Notes under the pieces: generated by a model
Told to the model about the DNA's origin: nothing
What the model saw: the letters and a program-made list of their open reading frames with translations, nothing else
The model's database searches: none
Program-made: the position numbers and the translations under genes
Shown: in pieces, positions 36,801 through 45,380 of the stretch
Numbering within the stretch: position 1 is the stretch's first letter
How the letters are laid out: each line of letters opens with the position of its first letter
Virus record (IMG/VR): IMGVR_UViG_3300027766_000001
Source: a virus
Lineage: Duplodnaviria > Caudoviricetes
DNA: 64,000 bases
Direction: 5' to 3' (one strand)

Positions 36801-37166
36801 ATGACTGACCTTACACGTGACATTTACAAAGCGGTGAGCTGCAAATCAGCCACCAAAGGCACCACGATGTTCATCGATGACTTCGGTGATATCTGGACCA
36901 TGATTCCGCAGGTTAACCGCTTCGGTGAAAACAGCGTGTATCGTCAGTTCACCGGTAACCTCGTGGTGACAGGTACTCCCATGCCTAACGGTATGGGAGG
37001 TAACTACCTGTACGTGGGTGAGTTAGTCCCAACGTATCATTTCAACATTCTCAATCCTTGCCCGTTTATCCAGAACTTGCAGCAACAGGTGTACTACTAC
37101 CTGAACGGTCGTCTGGGTAAAGTGCAAGCCCGTTACAACAAGAAAGCCCTTCGCTTTAAAGGATAA
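36801..37166 (+). CDS. hypothetical protein
   Basis: Operon packing; ends NKKALRFKG. Confidence 0.7.
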   Translation: MTDLTRDIYKAVSCKSATKGTTMFIDDFGDIWTMIPQVNRFGENSVYRQFTGNLVVTGTPMPNGMGGNYLYVGELVPTYHFNILNPCPFIQNLQQQVYYYLNGRLGKVQARYNKKALRFKG

Positions 37167-37172
37167 CTTAAC

Positions 37173-37607
37173 ATGTGGAAGAAACTCATTGCTCTCCTGG
37201 CCCTGGTTTGGGCCTCTGCTGGTTTTGCTGAAGACACAACGATCAACGGCAAAGTGTGGTCAGTGAACTACAACACCGGTTCCGCGTTTTACTCTGCTCT
37301 GGAAGGGAAACAGGAAGTGACCATGGAATGCATGTTAGGTGACATGCGTTTTGGTGCAGTGGATCAGGATACCGGCGATGAATTGATTCCGGGCGATGAG
37401 CAGATCATGCTGCTTATCGACAATGTCTATTACAGAGCGCCTCAAACGCTTGCAGAGCGACGCAAGTTGTACGAGGCAATATCTAACGCCCGAGACAGTT
37501 TCCAGCTGCGTAGTGCGTCTGGCTTCGTCTCCAAGGTGTTCCCTATTAAAGAGCTGCGGGAAATGTTCCGTAGTGTTGAATTTGACCTGTCTGATTGCAA
37601 GGAATAA
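37173..37607 (+). CDS. secreted/periplasmic protein
   Basis: Sec signal MWKKLIALLALVWASAGFA then E; two Cys; AAAGGA RBS. Confidence 0.75.
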   Translation: MWKKLIALLALVWASAGFAEDTTINGKVWSVNYNTGSAFYSALEGKQEVTMECMLGDMRFGAVDQDTGDELIPGDEQIMLLIDNVYYRAPQTLAERRKLYEAISNARDSFQLRSASGFVSKVFPIKELREMFRSVEFDLSDCKE

Positions 37608-37610
37608 CCC

Positions 37611-38027
37611 ATGCGTTCTTTCTACATTAAATCACTGGTCATTGATATCACCATCAATGACTGGACTCGCACGTTCCATGTGGGTGAAAAGAGCCTGAAC
37701 GAAAACCGCGTCATTAGCAATCACAATGCACCGGGTAAACACAAACTGAAGTTTGATGTGCCGTTCAATGGCCTGACCTACCCGATTGAACTTACCCTGG
37801 ATCACCACACCGATCCAACTTGTGGCAAGCTGATACTTTCACATGTGTCTTACGCCGATGTCAAAGGCGCTGATAGTTTCAAACACTCTACTGATGAAGT
37901 GAAGTTCTCCAACCTTCAGGTGGATCTTTTTGAAATGGAAAAACACACACCGATCTGTAAAGTACAGCAGCTCGGTCAGCGCGGCCCACTACCCCACATC
38001 CGTCGTGGTGTTACCGAAAACATCTGA
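37611..38027 (+). CDS. hypothetical beta-rich protein
   Basis: AAGGA RBS. Confidence 0.7.
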   Translation: MRSFYIKSLVIDITINDWTRTFHVGEKSLNENRVISNHNAPGKHKLKFDVPFNGLTYPIELTLDHHTDPTCGKLILSHVSYADVKGADSFKHSTDEVKFSNLQVDLFEMEKHTPICKVQQLGQRGPLPHIRRGVTENI

Positions 38028-38041
38028 CCTGTAGGTGAACC

Positions 38042-38518
38042 ATGGAAGAATTAAGTAAGATAGATCGGTCGAATATCAGCAGAATTGTCTCTGGTCGCGA
38101 CTGCGTGGTTTGGTGTGCGGGTGTGATCGTCGACCTTGCTATGGAAAACGGCTGGCGCTGTGATCGTGTTCACATCCCAATTCCTTACCAAATTGCCCTC
38201 GACCTCCATCGCCACTCTTACGGCGGTGAGGGTATCCGTCACAAAGAAATCACGCTTGACTTTAAAGACCATCGTAACGAGTTACAACAGTTGACGTTTG
38301 AGTTAAGCTTTGATAAAGAGTCTAATGATTCTGAATCGATCTACTTTCCGCGTAACGTAAAGTTAGAGCATTTGAAGTGTAGCGATTACAAGATCAAAGC
38401 CCATAACCCACGTTTAGAAGTAAATCTGGTTTTGGGTCGTCAGCTTATCGGTCATGATGGTTGGACCAATGGGGATTTTGCCAGAACGGATCCTAGTTGG
38501 GAATATCATCAGTACTAG
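38042..38518 (+). CDS. hypothetical beta-rich protein, possible paralog of 37611..38027
   Basis: AGGTG RBS; shared I.D...N.W....H pattern. Confidence 0.7.
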   Translation: MEELSKIDRSNISRIVSGRDCVVWCAGVIVDLAMENGWRCDRVHIPIPYQIALDLHRHSYGGEGIRHKEITLDFKDHRNELQQLTFELSFDKESNDSESIYFPRNVKLEHLKCSDYKIKAHNPRLEVNLVLGRQLIGHDGWTNGDFARTDPSWEYHQY

Positions 38519-38540
38519 CGCTGGTGATTGCAATGTTATA

Positions 38541-38571
38541 ACAGCGGGGATTCACCTCGCTGTTTTTTTTT
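38541..38571 (+). terminator. intrinsic terminator
   Basis: ACAGCGGGG-attca-CCTCGCTGT followed by a T run. Confidence 0.8.
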
Positions 38572-38585
38572 GTTGAGGTGAAGTA

Positions 38586-38996
38586 ATGGCCAAGGTCTAT
38601 AGCAAAATAGTGGCGATCTCCACTGACTTTGCCGGCGACTTCTCGTTTCCCGAATTACGGAAATGTCTGCCTACCGGTATCCGCATCACAGCACTGTACA
38701 ACTTTGCCACCGCTACGCAATTTGCAGCCGATGTAAAAGCGGCTATGAAACGCAGTGACGTTATTGTTGTAGACACCAGTGATCACACCTTACGCTTCTT
38801 ACGTCTGCTGGACATTCCGTATCAGCTGATCTACGCAAGCTACTGTGTGACCGATATTGAACAGCGTCACATCACCAACTGCCGACGCCAGGCCAACTGT
38901 ATCCACACGGAACTGAAAGCCCGAGGCGATTACAAACGTCTGGTATTCGACTTCCGTGAAGATCAGGGATTGTCGGTTGAGCTTCCATCAGCATAA
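38586..38996 (+). CDS. hypothetical alpha/beta protein
   Basis: GAGGTG RBS; 136 aa. Confidence 0.7.
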   Translation: MAKVYSKIVAISTDFAGDFSFPELRKCLPTGIRITALYNFATATQFAADVKAAMKRSDVIVVDTSDHTLRFLRLLDIPYQLIYASYCVTDIEQRHITNCRRQANCIHTELKARGDYKRLVFDFREDQGLSVELPSA

Positions 38997-39048
38997 AAGC
39001 ACGAGGGTCTCTTCTCCCACGACGGGAGAAGAGACACCTCTATGCCGG
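38991..39048. terminator. bidirectional terminator
   Basis: GCATAA ... GTCTCTTCTCCC-acgac-GGGAGAAGAGAC ... CTATGCCG. Confidence 0.85.
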
Positions 39049-39050
39049 CT

Positions 39051-39395
39051 TTATTTATTTGTGTTGATCTGTTCTGCAAAACGCATTGCATGGTACTGAC
39101 GTCCATAAGCCATGTCATCGGTGTGATGATACTTCTTATTGAGGATGGCAGTCTTCAACCCAGCACGAGTAATGCGATCAATGTTGCGCTCGTTATCCAG
39201 CACACTCATTGAAGTACGAATGTGACGATGACCAAACACTTCATGGGTCACTACAGAGCATTCGGTTTCCAGTAACACGGTTCCGATCTTGCTCTTCAGT
39301 GACACAATTACGTTTGAGACATCGACGTCCCGTTTGCCCAGCAGCAACGCTGTGAGACACAACAGGTGTTTCTTTGTGTAATCAATGGCTATCAT
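39051..39395 (-). CDS. hypothetical protein
   Basis: GGAGG RBS on the minus strand; 114 aa. Confidence 0.65.
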   Translation of the reverse strand: MIAIDYTKKHLLCLTALLLGKRDVDVSNVIVSLKSKIGTVLLETECSVVTHEVFGHRHIRTSMSVLDNERNIDRITRAGLKTAILNKKYHHTDDMAYGRQYHAMRFAEQINTNK

Positions 39396-39429
39396 ACCCC
39401 GCCTCCAGGACGGATAAAAAGCGGGTTAC

Positions 39430-39771
39430 TCACCCGCCTTTGATTTGTTTTTGTGCGTCCGCTAATGCTTTCTCCAGTTTAGAGATGTTGGCATTTGACG
39501 AATCGTTGTTTTTCGATGCGTACTCTTTGACTCGAGTAATCATCAACTTCTGTTTGGCGTAGGTGTAAGTCATCCAGGTAGCAAAGTTGATACCCAGATA
39601 CTCTTCTATCTTGTTGTCCAAATACTCATCAAGATAACCACCAAAGCCACTGACCAATAACGAATCCTCTTGCTCGACCTGGCTGGCCAGCGAGAACGGT
39701 GATAAATCAGCATCGTGGTCAACGATGCCGTACGTATCATCGTAGAGCTCCATCAACCGCAAGCGCGCCAT
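39430..39771 (-). CDS. putative tail/baseplate assembly chaperone, C-terminal (GT-like) domain; frame is open upstream to 39948
   Basis: IEEYLGINFATWMTYTYAKQKLMITRVKE resembles the small T-type domains of G/GT chaperones; the reading frame stays open 59 codons upstream of the ATG. Confidence 0.6.
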   Translation of the reverse strand: MARLRLMELYDDTYGIVDHDADLSPFSLASQVEQEDSLLVSGFGGYLDEYLDNKIEEYLGINFATWMTYTYAKQKLMITRVKEYASKNNDSSNANISKLEKALADAQKQIKGG

Positions 39772-39863
39772 TTCCGGATCACCCGCTAAGAACTTGGGAT
39801 CTGTTAAGGCCCGTTCCCAGGCCTCACTCCGGTCTTGGTACGCGCTACCGAAATCGTGGTGAA

Positions 39864-41489
39864 TCAGATGTCGGCTGTGTTGATAGAATTGTTCAGCATA
39901 TTCGCCAAGAGGGTAAAAAAAGCCCTTTCCATGTTTACAGGGGTGTAATCAGGGAACTGGTCATTGACCGCAGGTTGCTTTTGTTTACACGCCTGACAGG
40001 TATAGCGCGGCAGTGCAATCACACCGATGGTGACTTCGTTGATGTACGCGTTCACTTCCTTATAGAAGGATTCTTTGAACGACTCATCTTTGCTCAGTTC
40101 AGCCAGTTGGGTATAGATGTCTTCGCTGCCATCGATATAACCATCAACGTCGCCGTTGGCATCGAGGTAGTCAATGCGTGATACCCAGTGCGAATAGTTA
40201 CGCAGTGCCGAGATCGCCGCCTGCTTGTTGATGTATGCCACACGCTCATCACGGGACATGGTGTCCTTGAAGCTCAGGGTCACCGCATCTTCGATGTTGT
40301 CGATCCAGGCATCACCCGCTTTCATCTTCTCTTCGATCGACGGTGTGGCGAACACAACGCGGATACTCGGAGTGATGTTACGGATGTTGTTGTTCATCGC
40401 CGAGAAGTGCTCCTGGTACGCCAGAACCGACTCCGTGGTATGACCGCTACGACGACGAATGTGTGCACGCTGAGCGTCAGTCAGACGGGCGTTGTCGATG
40501 ATGCTCATGCGGTTGATGTTGACTTTATGAACGGCCACATCACCACACTTCACCGGATCAACCTGGCAAGGCTGCGCCAGTGTGTAACCTGAACGGAAAC
40601 GCGCCGCCATGTAACCAGCGATCAGCAGCGGGATATCCTGCACCTTGATCAGGTTCACCAACTCTTTCTTGTTGGCGTGACCGAGCGAGGTTTGGAAGAT
40701 CATGCCTGACAGCAGTTCCCACAGGTGACGCAGAATAATCACGTCAGAGTTAGAGAACACCAGACCCGCTGTACGACGACCCAATACCGATTTGGTATTG
40801 ATCACACGCGTATGGAAGTTCACCATCTCGTCTTCACCTGCAACCAGCAGCGTTACCCAGATACCGGTGTGCGGCGCAGGCAGTGTGATGAAGTCGCCGA
40901 TGCCCATTTCCTGGCGCGCACGCATCATCGCGTTCTTGCCGGTCAGACGTTCGCCTTTCTTGTGCTTGTCGTCTTTGATGTTCGGACGATGTGCACCGAT
41001 GACTTTGTCGCCAACCAGAATACCCTGCAGCCACTGGGAGTCTTTACGCATCACCGTTGGGGTCAGGCCGTTACGATACGCCATGTGGTTAATGGCGCTC
41101 TGTGTCGCCGCCAACCAGGTCATCGCCGCTTCCGCACCGCGCAGACGAATCATTTCACGAAACATTTCAGTTTCAGCCGAATCCGCCGCACCTTTATCGA
41201 TCTCAGAGATCAGGTCACCGATGGTGATCTGGTCGCCGTGCGCCACATGCAGGATGTCTTTCAGATCTGCATACGGGGTCAGGATCTTTTCCAGGATTGG
41301 TGACTCATACAGCGGGTCCAGTTCCGGGTCAGCTTCCGGCAGAAGATCTTCTTCCGGGTTTTCCGTGTTCAGTTCCGGTTCAACGATTTCGTTATCAACC
41401 GGCAGCGTTTGCTGCTGCGCTTTCTGTTCCAGCACAGCGTTAACGTCGAGTACCGGCTCGTCGTGTTCGTTTGGGATTTCACCTGACAT
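39864..41489 (-). CDS. conserved protein (phiKZ gp77-like), putative tail/baseplate-hub assembly chaperone
   Basis: Acidic N-terminus; CQVDPVKC and RYTCQACK Cys motifs as in T4 gp26/gp51-type hub assembly proteins; TAATG-coupled to the upstream gene. Confidence 0.6.
   Translation of the reverse strand: MSGEIPNEHDEPVLDVNAVLEQKAQQQTLPVDNEIVEPELNTENPEEDLLPEADPELDPLYESPILEKILTPYADLKDILHVAHGDQITIGDLISEIDKGAADSAETEMFREMIRLRGAEAAMTWLAATQSAINHMAYRNGLTPTVMRKDSQWLQGILVGDKVIGAHRPNIKDDKHKKGERLTGKNAMMRARQEMGIGDFITLPAPHTGIWVTLLVAGEDEMVNFHTRVINTKSVLGRRTAGLVFSNSDVIILRHLWELLSGMIFQTSLGHANKKELVNLIKVQDIPLLIAGYMAARFRSGYTLAQPCQVDPVKCGDVAVHKVNINRMSIIDNARLTDAQRAHIRRRSGHTTESVLAYQEHFSAMNNNIRNITPSIRVVFATPSIEEKMKAGDAWIDNIEDAVTLSFKDTMSRDERVAYINKQAAISALRNYSHWVSRIDYLDANGDVDGYIDGSEDIYTQLAELSKDESFKESFYKEVNAYINEVTIGVIALPRYTCQACKQKQPAVNDQFPDYTPVNMERAFFTLLANMLNNSINTADI
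39915..39921 (-). other. candidate -1 programmed frameshift slippery site U-UUU-UUU
   Basis: Minus strand GCT TTT TTT ACC in the gp77-like frame; the -1 frame TTT TTT TAC CCT... is open and continuous with ORF 39430..39771. Confidence 0.65.
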
Positions 41490-41938
41490 TACTGACCTTC
41501 CTTCTGTTGGTTCTGCGCAGCAACCGCTGCAGCGTGTGCGCGCTCGTTAGAATTAAACAGCGGCAAAAAGTAATCGTTGTATACGTTCATCAGTTCACTT
41601 TGAACAAGGACATATTCTTCATTGATCGCTAAGAACTGCTGGACGTCACCTGAACCCAGTGCATACCCCGCACGACCTGCGTGCTTCATGTGCAACTGTG
41701 CCAGCATCGGCTCGACTTTGTTAATGGTGGTCAGGACCGTTTCGATCCAGAGGTTTAAACCAGCAACGTTGTCGTGGAAGCGAATGATGTTAGGGTTCAC
41801 CGCCATCATACAAGCGTTACGGTACTGCGTGATCAGGTCAATCGTATAGACCCGGACGGTGTTATCCAGATATTCCCAGGTAGAATCGACTGGGGGTTTC
41901 ATGGCATCGGCCAGTGAGACAAGCGGTGTAGTAGACAT
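41489..41938 (-). CDS. conserved hypothetical protein (phiKZ gp78-like position)
   Basis: ATG 41938; stop overlaps the start of the next gene. Confidence 0.7.
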   Translation of the reverse strand: MSTTPLVSLADAMKPPVDSTWEYLDNTVRVYTIDLITQYRNACMMAVNPNIIRFHDNVAGLNLWIETVLTTINKVEPMLAQLHMKHAGRAGYALGSGDVQQFLAINEEYVLVQSELMNVYNDYFLPLFNSNERAHAAAVAAQNQQKEGQ

Positions 41939-42033
41939 AAGTTTGACGCCCTTAGAGAACAAAAAAGAATAAACCCTTCATATATTGTTGCGGTATATGT
42001 AATAGAATACCTAATAATGGAGCGAATGATCCC

Positions 42034-42873
42034 ATGAGTGATTTCAGTGAGTTAAACGAATATTTGATGCCAGTCATGGTAGACGTTCGTCGTGATCGCA
42101 TTGTTGAGACCTGCCAGCGTTTGGCCGCAGCCGGTTTAACGCAAGTTCAACCAGATGTCGACCGTCTGCTGAATATGTCCAATGACGGTGAAGCACCTGA
42201 TGTCATCGATGATCTGCATAAAATCATCTTCGATCACCTGTACACCACCACATTGAACCTCGGCTTTATCTGGTCTGAGGATGTCGACTGGACAACTGAC
42301 TTTAACCTGTTGAGTGATGTGCTCAAAGCATTGATCCTGCTTGACGACGTGGAAGACTACGGTGAACTTAATCACATCTTCAACGACGATCTCCTTAGCA
42401 CCGAAGAGAAAGTGATGGAAGTGCTGCAAGTCACGTTGGCAAAAGACATGTCAATCTTGCTGGAACGTGTTGACACTATCACCGAAGAAACGGTTGTCGG
42501 ATTAATGACCTCGGTAAACAACATCTTCCCGGATGAAGACGAACAGCCTGCACAAGACATCGGTTATGTGACTGAACGTCTGGCCAAGTACCAGCCTAAG
42601 ATGTACCAGGGTGTGGCGTATGCGTACATTGCCCTGGGTGGTGGCGTCGGGGTTGATTATGGCAGCTTACTGCAGCTGTTCAACAACGAGCTTGCCCGAG
42701 CAGCGGAAGAAGACCTGACCGTACTGACACAGGAGTTGATTGGCTTTGCGCTGGCCAGCACCATCATCGATGACATGCTGCAAGACGAAGTGTGTAAGCA
42801 GCTTGATATTTACGTGGACGACAAACTGCGCCTGCAGGACCTGGGTGCCATTGTAACAGGATTCTTCGCATGA
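42034..42873 (+). CDS. conserved acidic helical protein (phiKZ gp79-like position)
   Basis: GGAG RBS; ATGA overlap with the vRNAP gene. Confidence 0.7.
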   Translation: MSDFSELNEYLMPVMVDVRRDRIVETCQRLAAAGLTQVQPDVDRLLNMSNDGEAPDVIDDLHKIIFDHLYTTTLNLGFIWSEDVDWTTDFNLLSDVLKALILLDDVEDYGELNHIFNDDLLSTEEKVMEVLQVTLAKDMSILLERVDTITEETVVGLMTSVNNIFPDEDEQPAQDIGYVTERLAKYQPKMYQGVAYAYIALGGGVGVDYGSLLQLFNNELARAAEEDLTVLTQELIGFALASTIIDDMLQDEVCKQLDIYVDDKLRLQDLGAIVTGFFA

Positions 42874-44180
42874 ATCAGAAACAGTATCTAATGGCGGTGA
42901 TCCGAAATCGGGCTTACCGTGAACGCACCTGGGTGTTCAGCGTGTTGTCGATTGCCCAGCACGAATTCAACTGGAACCTGCCTGATCAACCGCAGGGGTT
43001 ATCTCCTTATCAGGTGATTCGCACCGAGGACATGAGCCAGGTTGGCTTCTGGGATCCTGAGGCAGGGCAGATCACCATGTTCGAAGGACTCGATCCGAAC
43101 TTCCCAGTGTTCCGTCCCGATGACGTAATCCAACTGAGCCCAAGCGACTGGGGGATTATTGAAGAACCGATCGAAACCAAATTCGGTCGGGTGCTGGTTA
43201 ACCTGTACTACTTCTACGACGTACTGGGTGACCGTGCACCGTTCTTTAATCAGGAGTTCAACCGTGGGATGTTGGAAGACTTCTTTGATAAGCGCTTCCG
43301 TAATCCAGACCATCCTCGTTTTAGCGATCCGGACACCATTACGTACGACGAGTTTAAGGCGTGCATCAACAATGGCTTTGCCATGGCACCGTTCTCTCGT
43401 GTATGTGTAGCGACTGCGTGCCCGGAAACGATGTACCCGCCGAAGTGGTTGATCGAGATGCGTGACAAGCTCTTTGAAGAGCACAAAGACTCGCTGAGTG
43501 ATCCACTGGTGATGGGGCGTATCCAAGACACCCTGCTGAAGGCGTATAAAGAATTCTTGGCGACTACACCGTCAAAGAACTCCTTCATCAAGGCGAAGAC
43601 CGTCAACGATGCGTTTAACAAGATGTTCCTCAGCGGTGGTATCTCCACTAACTTCGGGGTGTCAACGGTGGTGACCCGTTCGCTCTATGAAGGCTGGGAT
43701 CTGAAACAGCTGCCGGCGTTAGCGAACTCCGCTATCGAAGCCTCCTTTGGTCGTGGCGCGTCCACAGCCGATGGCGGTGAGAAAGTGAAGATGCTGATTC
43801 GTGCCACGCAGAACATCATGATCACGCAGGACGATTGTGGTGCGACACTTGGCATGCCATGGTTGGTAGATCAGCACGTGGTGAAATCGCAAGTCAATGC
43901 CTACGGGTTTATCAATGGTCAAACAACCCTGTTAACCAAAGAGAACCTGAGTGCGATGACGGGCAAGGTCATCATGGTGCGCTCGCCGCAGTTCTGTAAA
44001 AAGTCACACGGCGACACGTGTCGCTATTGTGCAGGTGCGCATAACGCCACCAACGCACGCGGTACGTCTTCAGGGGCATCCGCGGTCGGCTCCAAGATCA
44101 TGCTGCTCTCGATGAAGGCGATGCATAAAGGTTCAAAAATCGACCTGGTCGAACTGGACCTGGACGAGATTTTCTTTTAA
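42870..44180 (+). CDS. rpoC: virion RNA polymerase beta' subunit fragment (phiKZ gp80-like)
   Basis: EASFGRGASTADGG, ITQDDCG, Zn site RSPQFC...TCRYCAG, trigger-loop LSMKAMH. Confidence 0.87.
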   Translation: MNQKQYLMAVIRNRAYRERTWVFSVLSIAQHEFNWNLPDQPQGLSPYQVIRTEDMSQVGFWDPEAGQITMFEGLDPNFPVFRPDDVIQLSPSDWGIIEEPIETKFGRVLVNLYYFYDVLGDRAPFFNQEFNRGMLEDFFDKRFRNPDHPRFSDPDTITYDEFKACINNGFAMAPFSRVCVATACPETMYPPKWLIEMRDKLFEEHKDSLSDPLVMGRIQDTLLKAYKEFLATTPSKNSFIKAKTVNDAFNKMFLSGGISTNFGVSTVVTRSLYEGWDLKQLPALANSAIEASFGRGASTADGGEKVKMLIRATQNIMITQDDCGATLGMPWLVDQHVVKSQVNAYGFINGQTTLLTKENLSAMTGKVIMVRSPQFCKKSHGDTCRYCAGAHNATNARGTSSGASAVGSKIMLLSMKAMHKGSKIDLVELDLDEIFF

Positions 44181-44237
44181 TAAATCATCGTACTTGAATG
44201 TGTCGATACAGAACCTACCAACGTAAGTAATCTTAAT

Positions 44238-44254
44238 CCTACATTACTAGAGTA
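44238..44254 (+). promoter_or_regulatory. early promoter
   Basis: CCTACATTAC-taga-GTA. Confidence 0.65.
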
Positions 44255-44296
44255 GTCCTCCACTTCGGAGGCTACTCCGGTAGTGTCTTTATGCCG
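44250..44296 (+). terminator. hairpin plus TTATGCCG overlapping the early promoter start
   Basis: GAGTAG-t-CCTCC-acttc-GGAGG-CTACTC ... TTTATGCCG. Confidence 0.65.
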
Positions 44297-44377
44297 ATCT
44301 GTGTATTCTTTTACACAAACCGATAAATACCAATAACGGCCCTGATGCCGTATTGACCTGTGAATAAAGGAGATGAC

Positions 44378-45325
44378 ATGTACCATTTATTGATTTTGAC
44401 CGTAGCTGGAACTGCCACGCAATACATGAAAGCATTCCCTGCGGATTCAATTGAAGCCCATCAAGATCGACTGATCAAAGAAGCGCAAGCCAACATCTTC
44501 CCCAACGCACCATTTCAGAGAGCATACAACGACAGCCAGTCTCAGCAGATCGATGCCCAGGTTATCTCGGGTGAAGCCGCCACAACCGGTGTGGTAAGTG
44601 GTTACGCTATCGTTGATAAATTGCTGTCGAATGCCGGTCAGGATATTCGCGTACTGACAAACATCGGCGACTGGGCGGGTATGCCTGGTCTGATCACCCA
44701 CGGCACAGAACCCGCGGTTGCAGTGACCGATGTCTACAAATACATCATCATGCAGGACCTGTTTGCTGCCGCCCTTACTGTGCAGTGGTTACCTGCTGAT
44801 GCGGTAGCACTCAATGAGCCGGTGCAGACTCATCTGCTGGCGCGTGACGAACACTACGACCAGGTGTATCGTGACAGTAACAATCTGCGTCACTTCTTCG
44901 GTTACGTCCGTGTGGGTGAAGACGATCCGATCGGTCATGTCCGCGTAGTGGTCAACGGTTTGACCTACCCGAGCATTGATGCCGCCGCACTGGCGTACAA
45001 CCTGCCGGTCGAATGGGTCTATGAGCGTCTGGATGATGCGAAGTGGGAACAGTGGATCTACGCCAGCAACGTTACTCCTAATCCGGTCATGACCACGGAC
45101 AACGGTGCTGAAGCCGTAGTGCCGAATCATGCCGAGCAAATCACGGGTGGCGGTAACCCCAACGCACGTCGTGTGAGCATCCGCGGTATTGTCTACGGCT
45201 CGATCGTCGATGCGGTGCGCAGTAATGCCGACTGGGACTTAACCGCCTCTGCCATTCACAACGCTTTACGCTCAGGCAACAATGCAGAGATCTTCTACTG
45301 CGACGCCGAAGGCAACAAGCTGTAA
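44378..45325 (+). CDS. degenerate GIY-YIG-like protein with two C-terminal NUMOD1-like HTH repeats
   Basis: PNAPFQRAYN helix; LTNIGDW; VVVNGLTYPSIDAAA and VSIRGIVYGSIVDAV repeats; AAAGGAG RBS. Confidence 0.55.
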   Translation: MYHLLILTVAGTATQYMKAFPADSIEAHQDRLIKEAQANIFPNAPFQRAYNDSQSQQIDAQVISGEAATTGVVSGYAIVDKLLSNAGQDIRVLTNIGDWAGMPGLITHGTEPAVAVTDVYKYIIMQDLFAAALTVQWLPADAVALNEPVQTHLLARDEHYDQVYRDSNNLRHFFGYVRVGEDDPIGHVRVVVNGLTYPSIDAAALAYNLPVEWVYERLDDAKWEQWIYASNVTPNPVMTTDNGAEAVVPNHAEQITGGGNPNARRVSIRGIVYGSIVDAVRSNADWDLTASAIHNALRSGNNAEIFYCDAEGNKL

Positions 45326-45332
45326 TTCACCG

Positions 45333-45360
45333 GGCAGGGGAAACCCTGCCTTTTATGCCG
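45333..45360 (+). terminator. GAAA hairpin plus TTATGCCG
   Basis: GGCAGGG-gaaa-CCCTGCC-TTTTATGCCG. Confidence 0.85.
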
Positions 45361-45380
45361 ACTAAAAAGAGAACCTAAAC

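Noticed and set aside
38586-38996. Possible nucleotide kinase
   Set aside because: The alpha/beta pattern (DVIVVDT) is suggestive but there is no Walker A motif; left as hypothetical
40792-41550. Long plus-strand ORFs (252, 192 and 134 aa) over the gp77-like gene
   Set aside because: Antisense shadows of a well-formed minus-strand gene, with no RBS or promoter support
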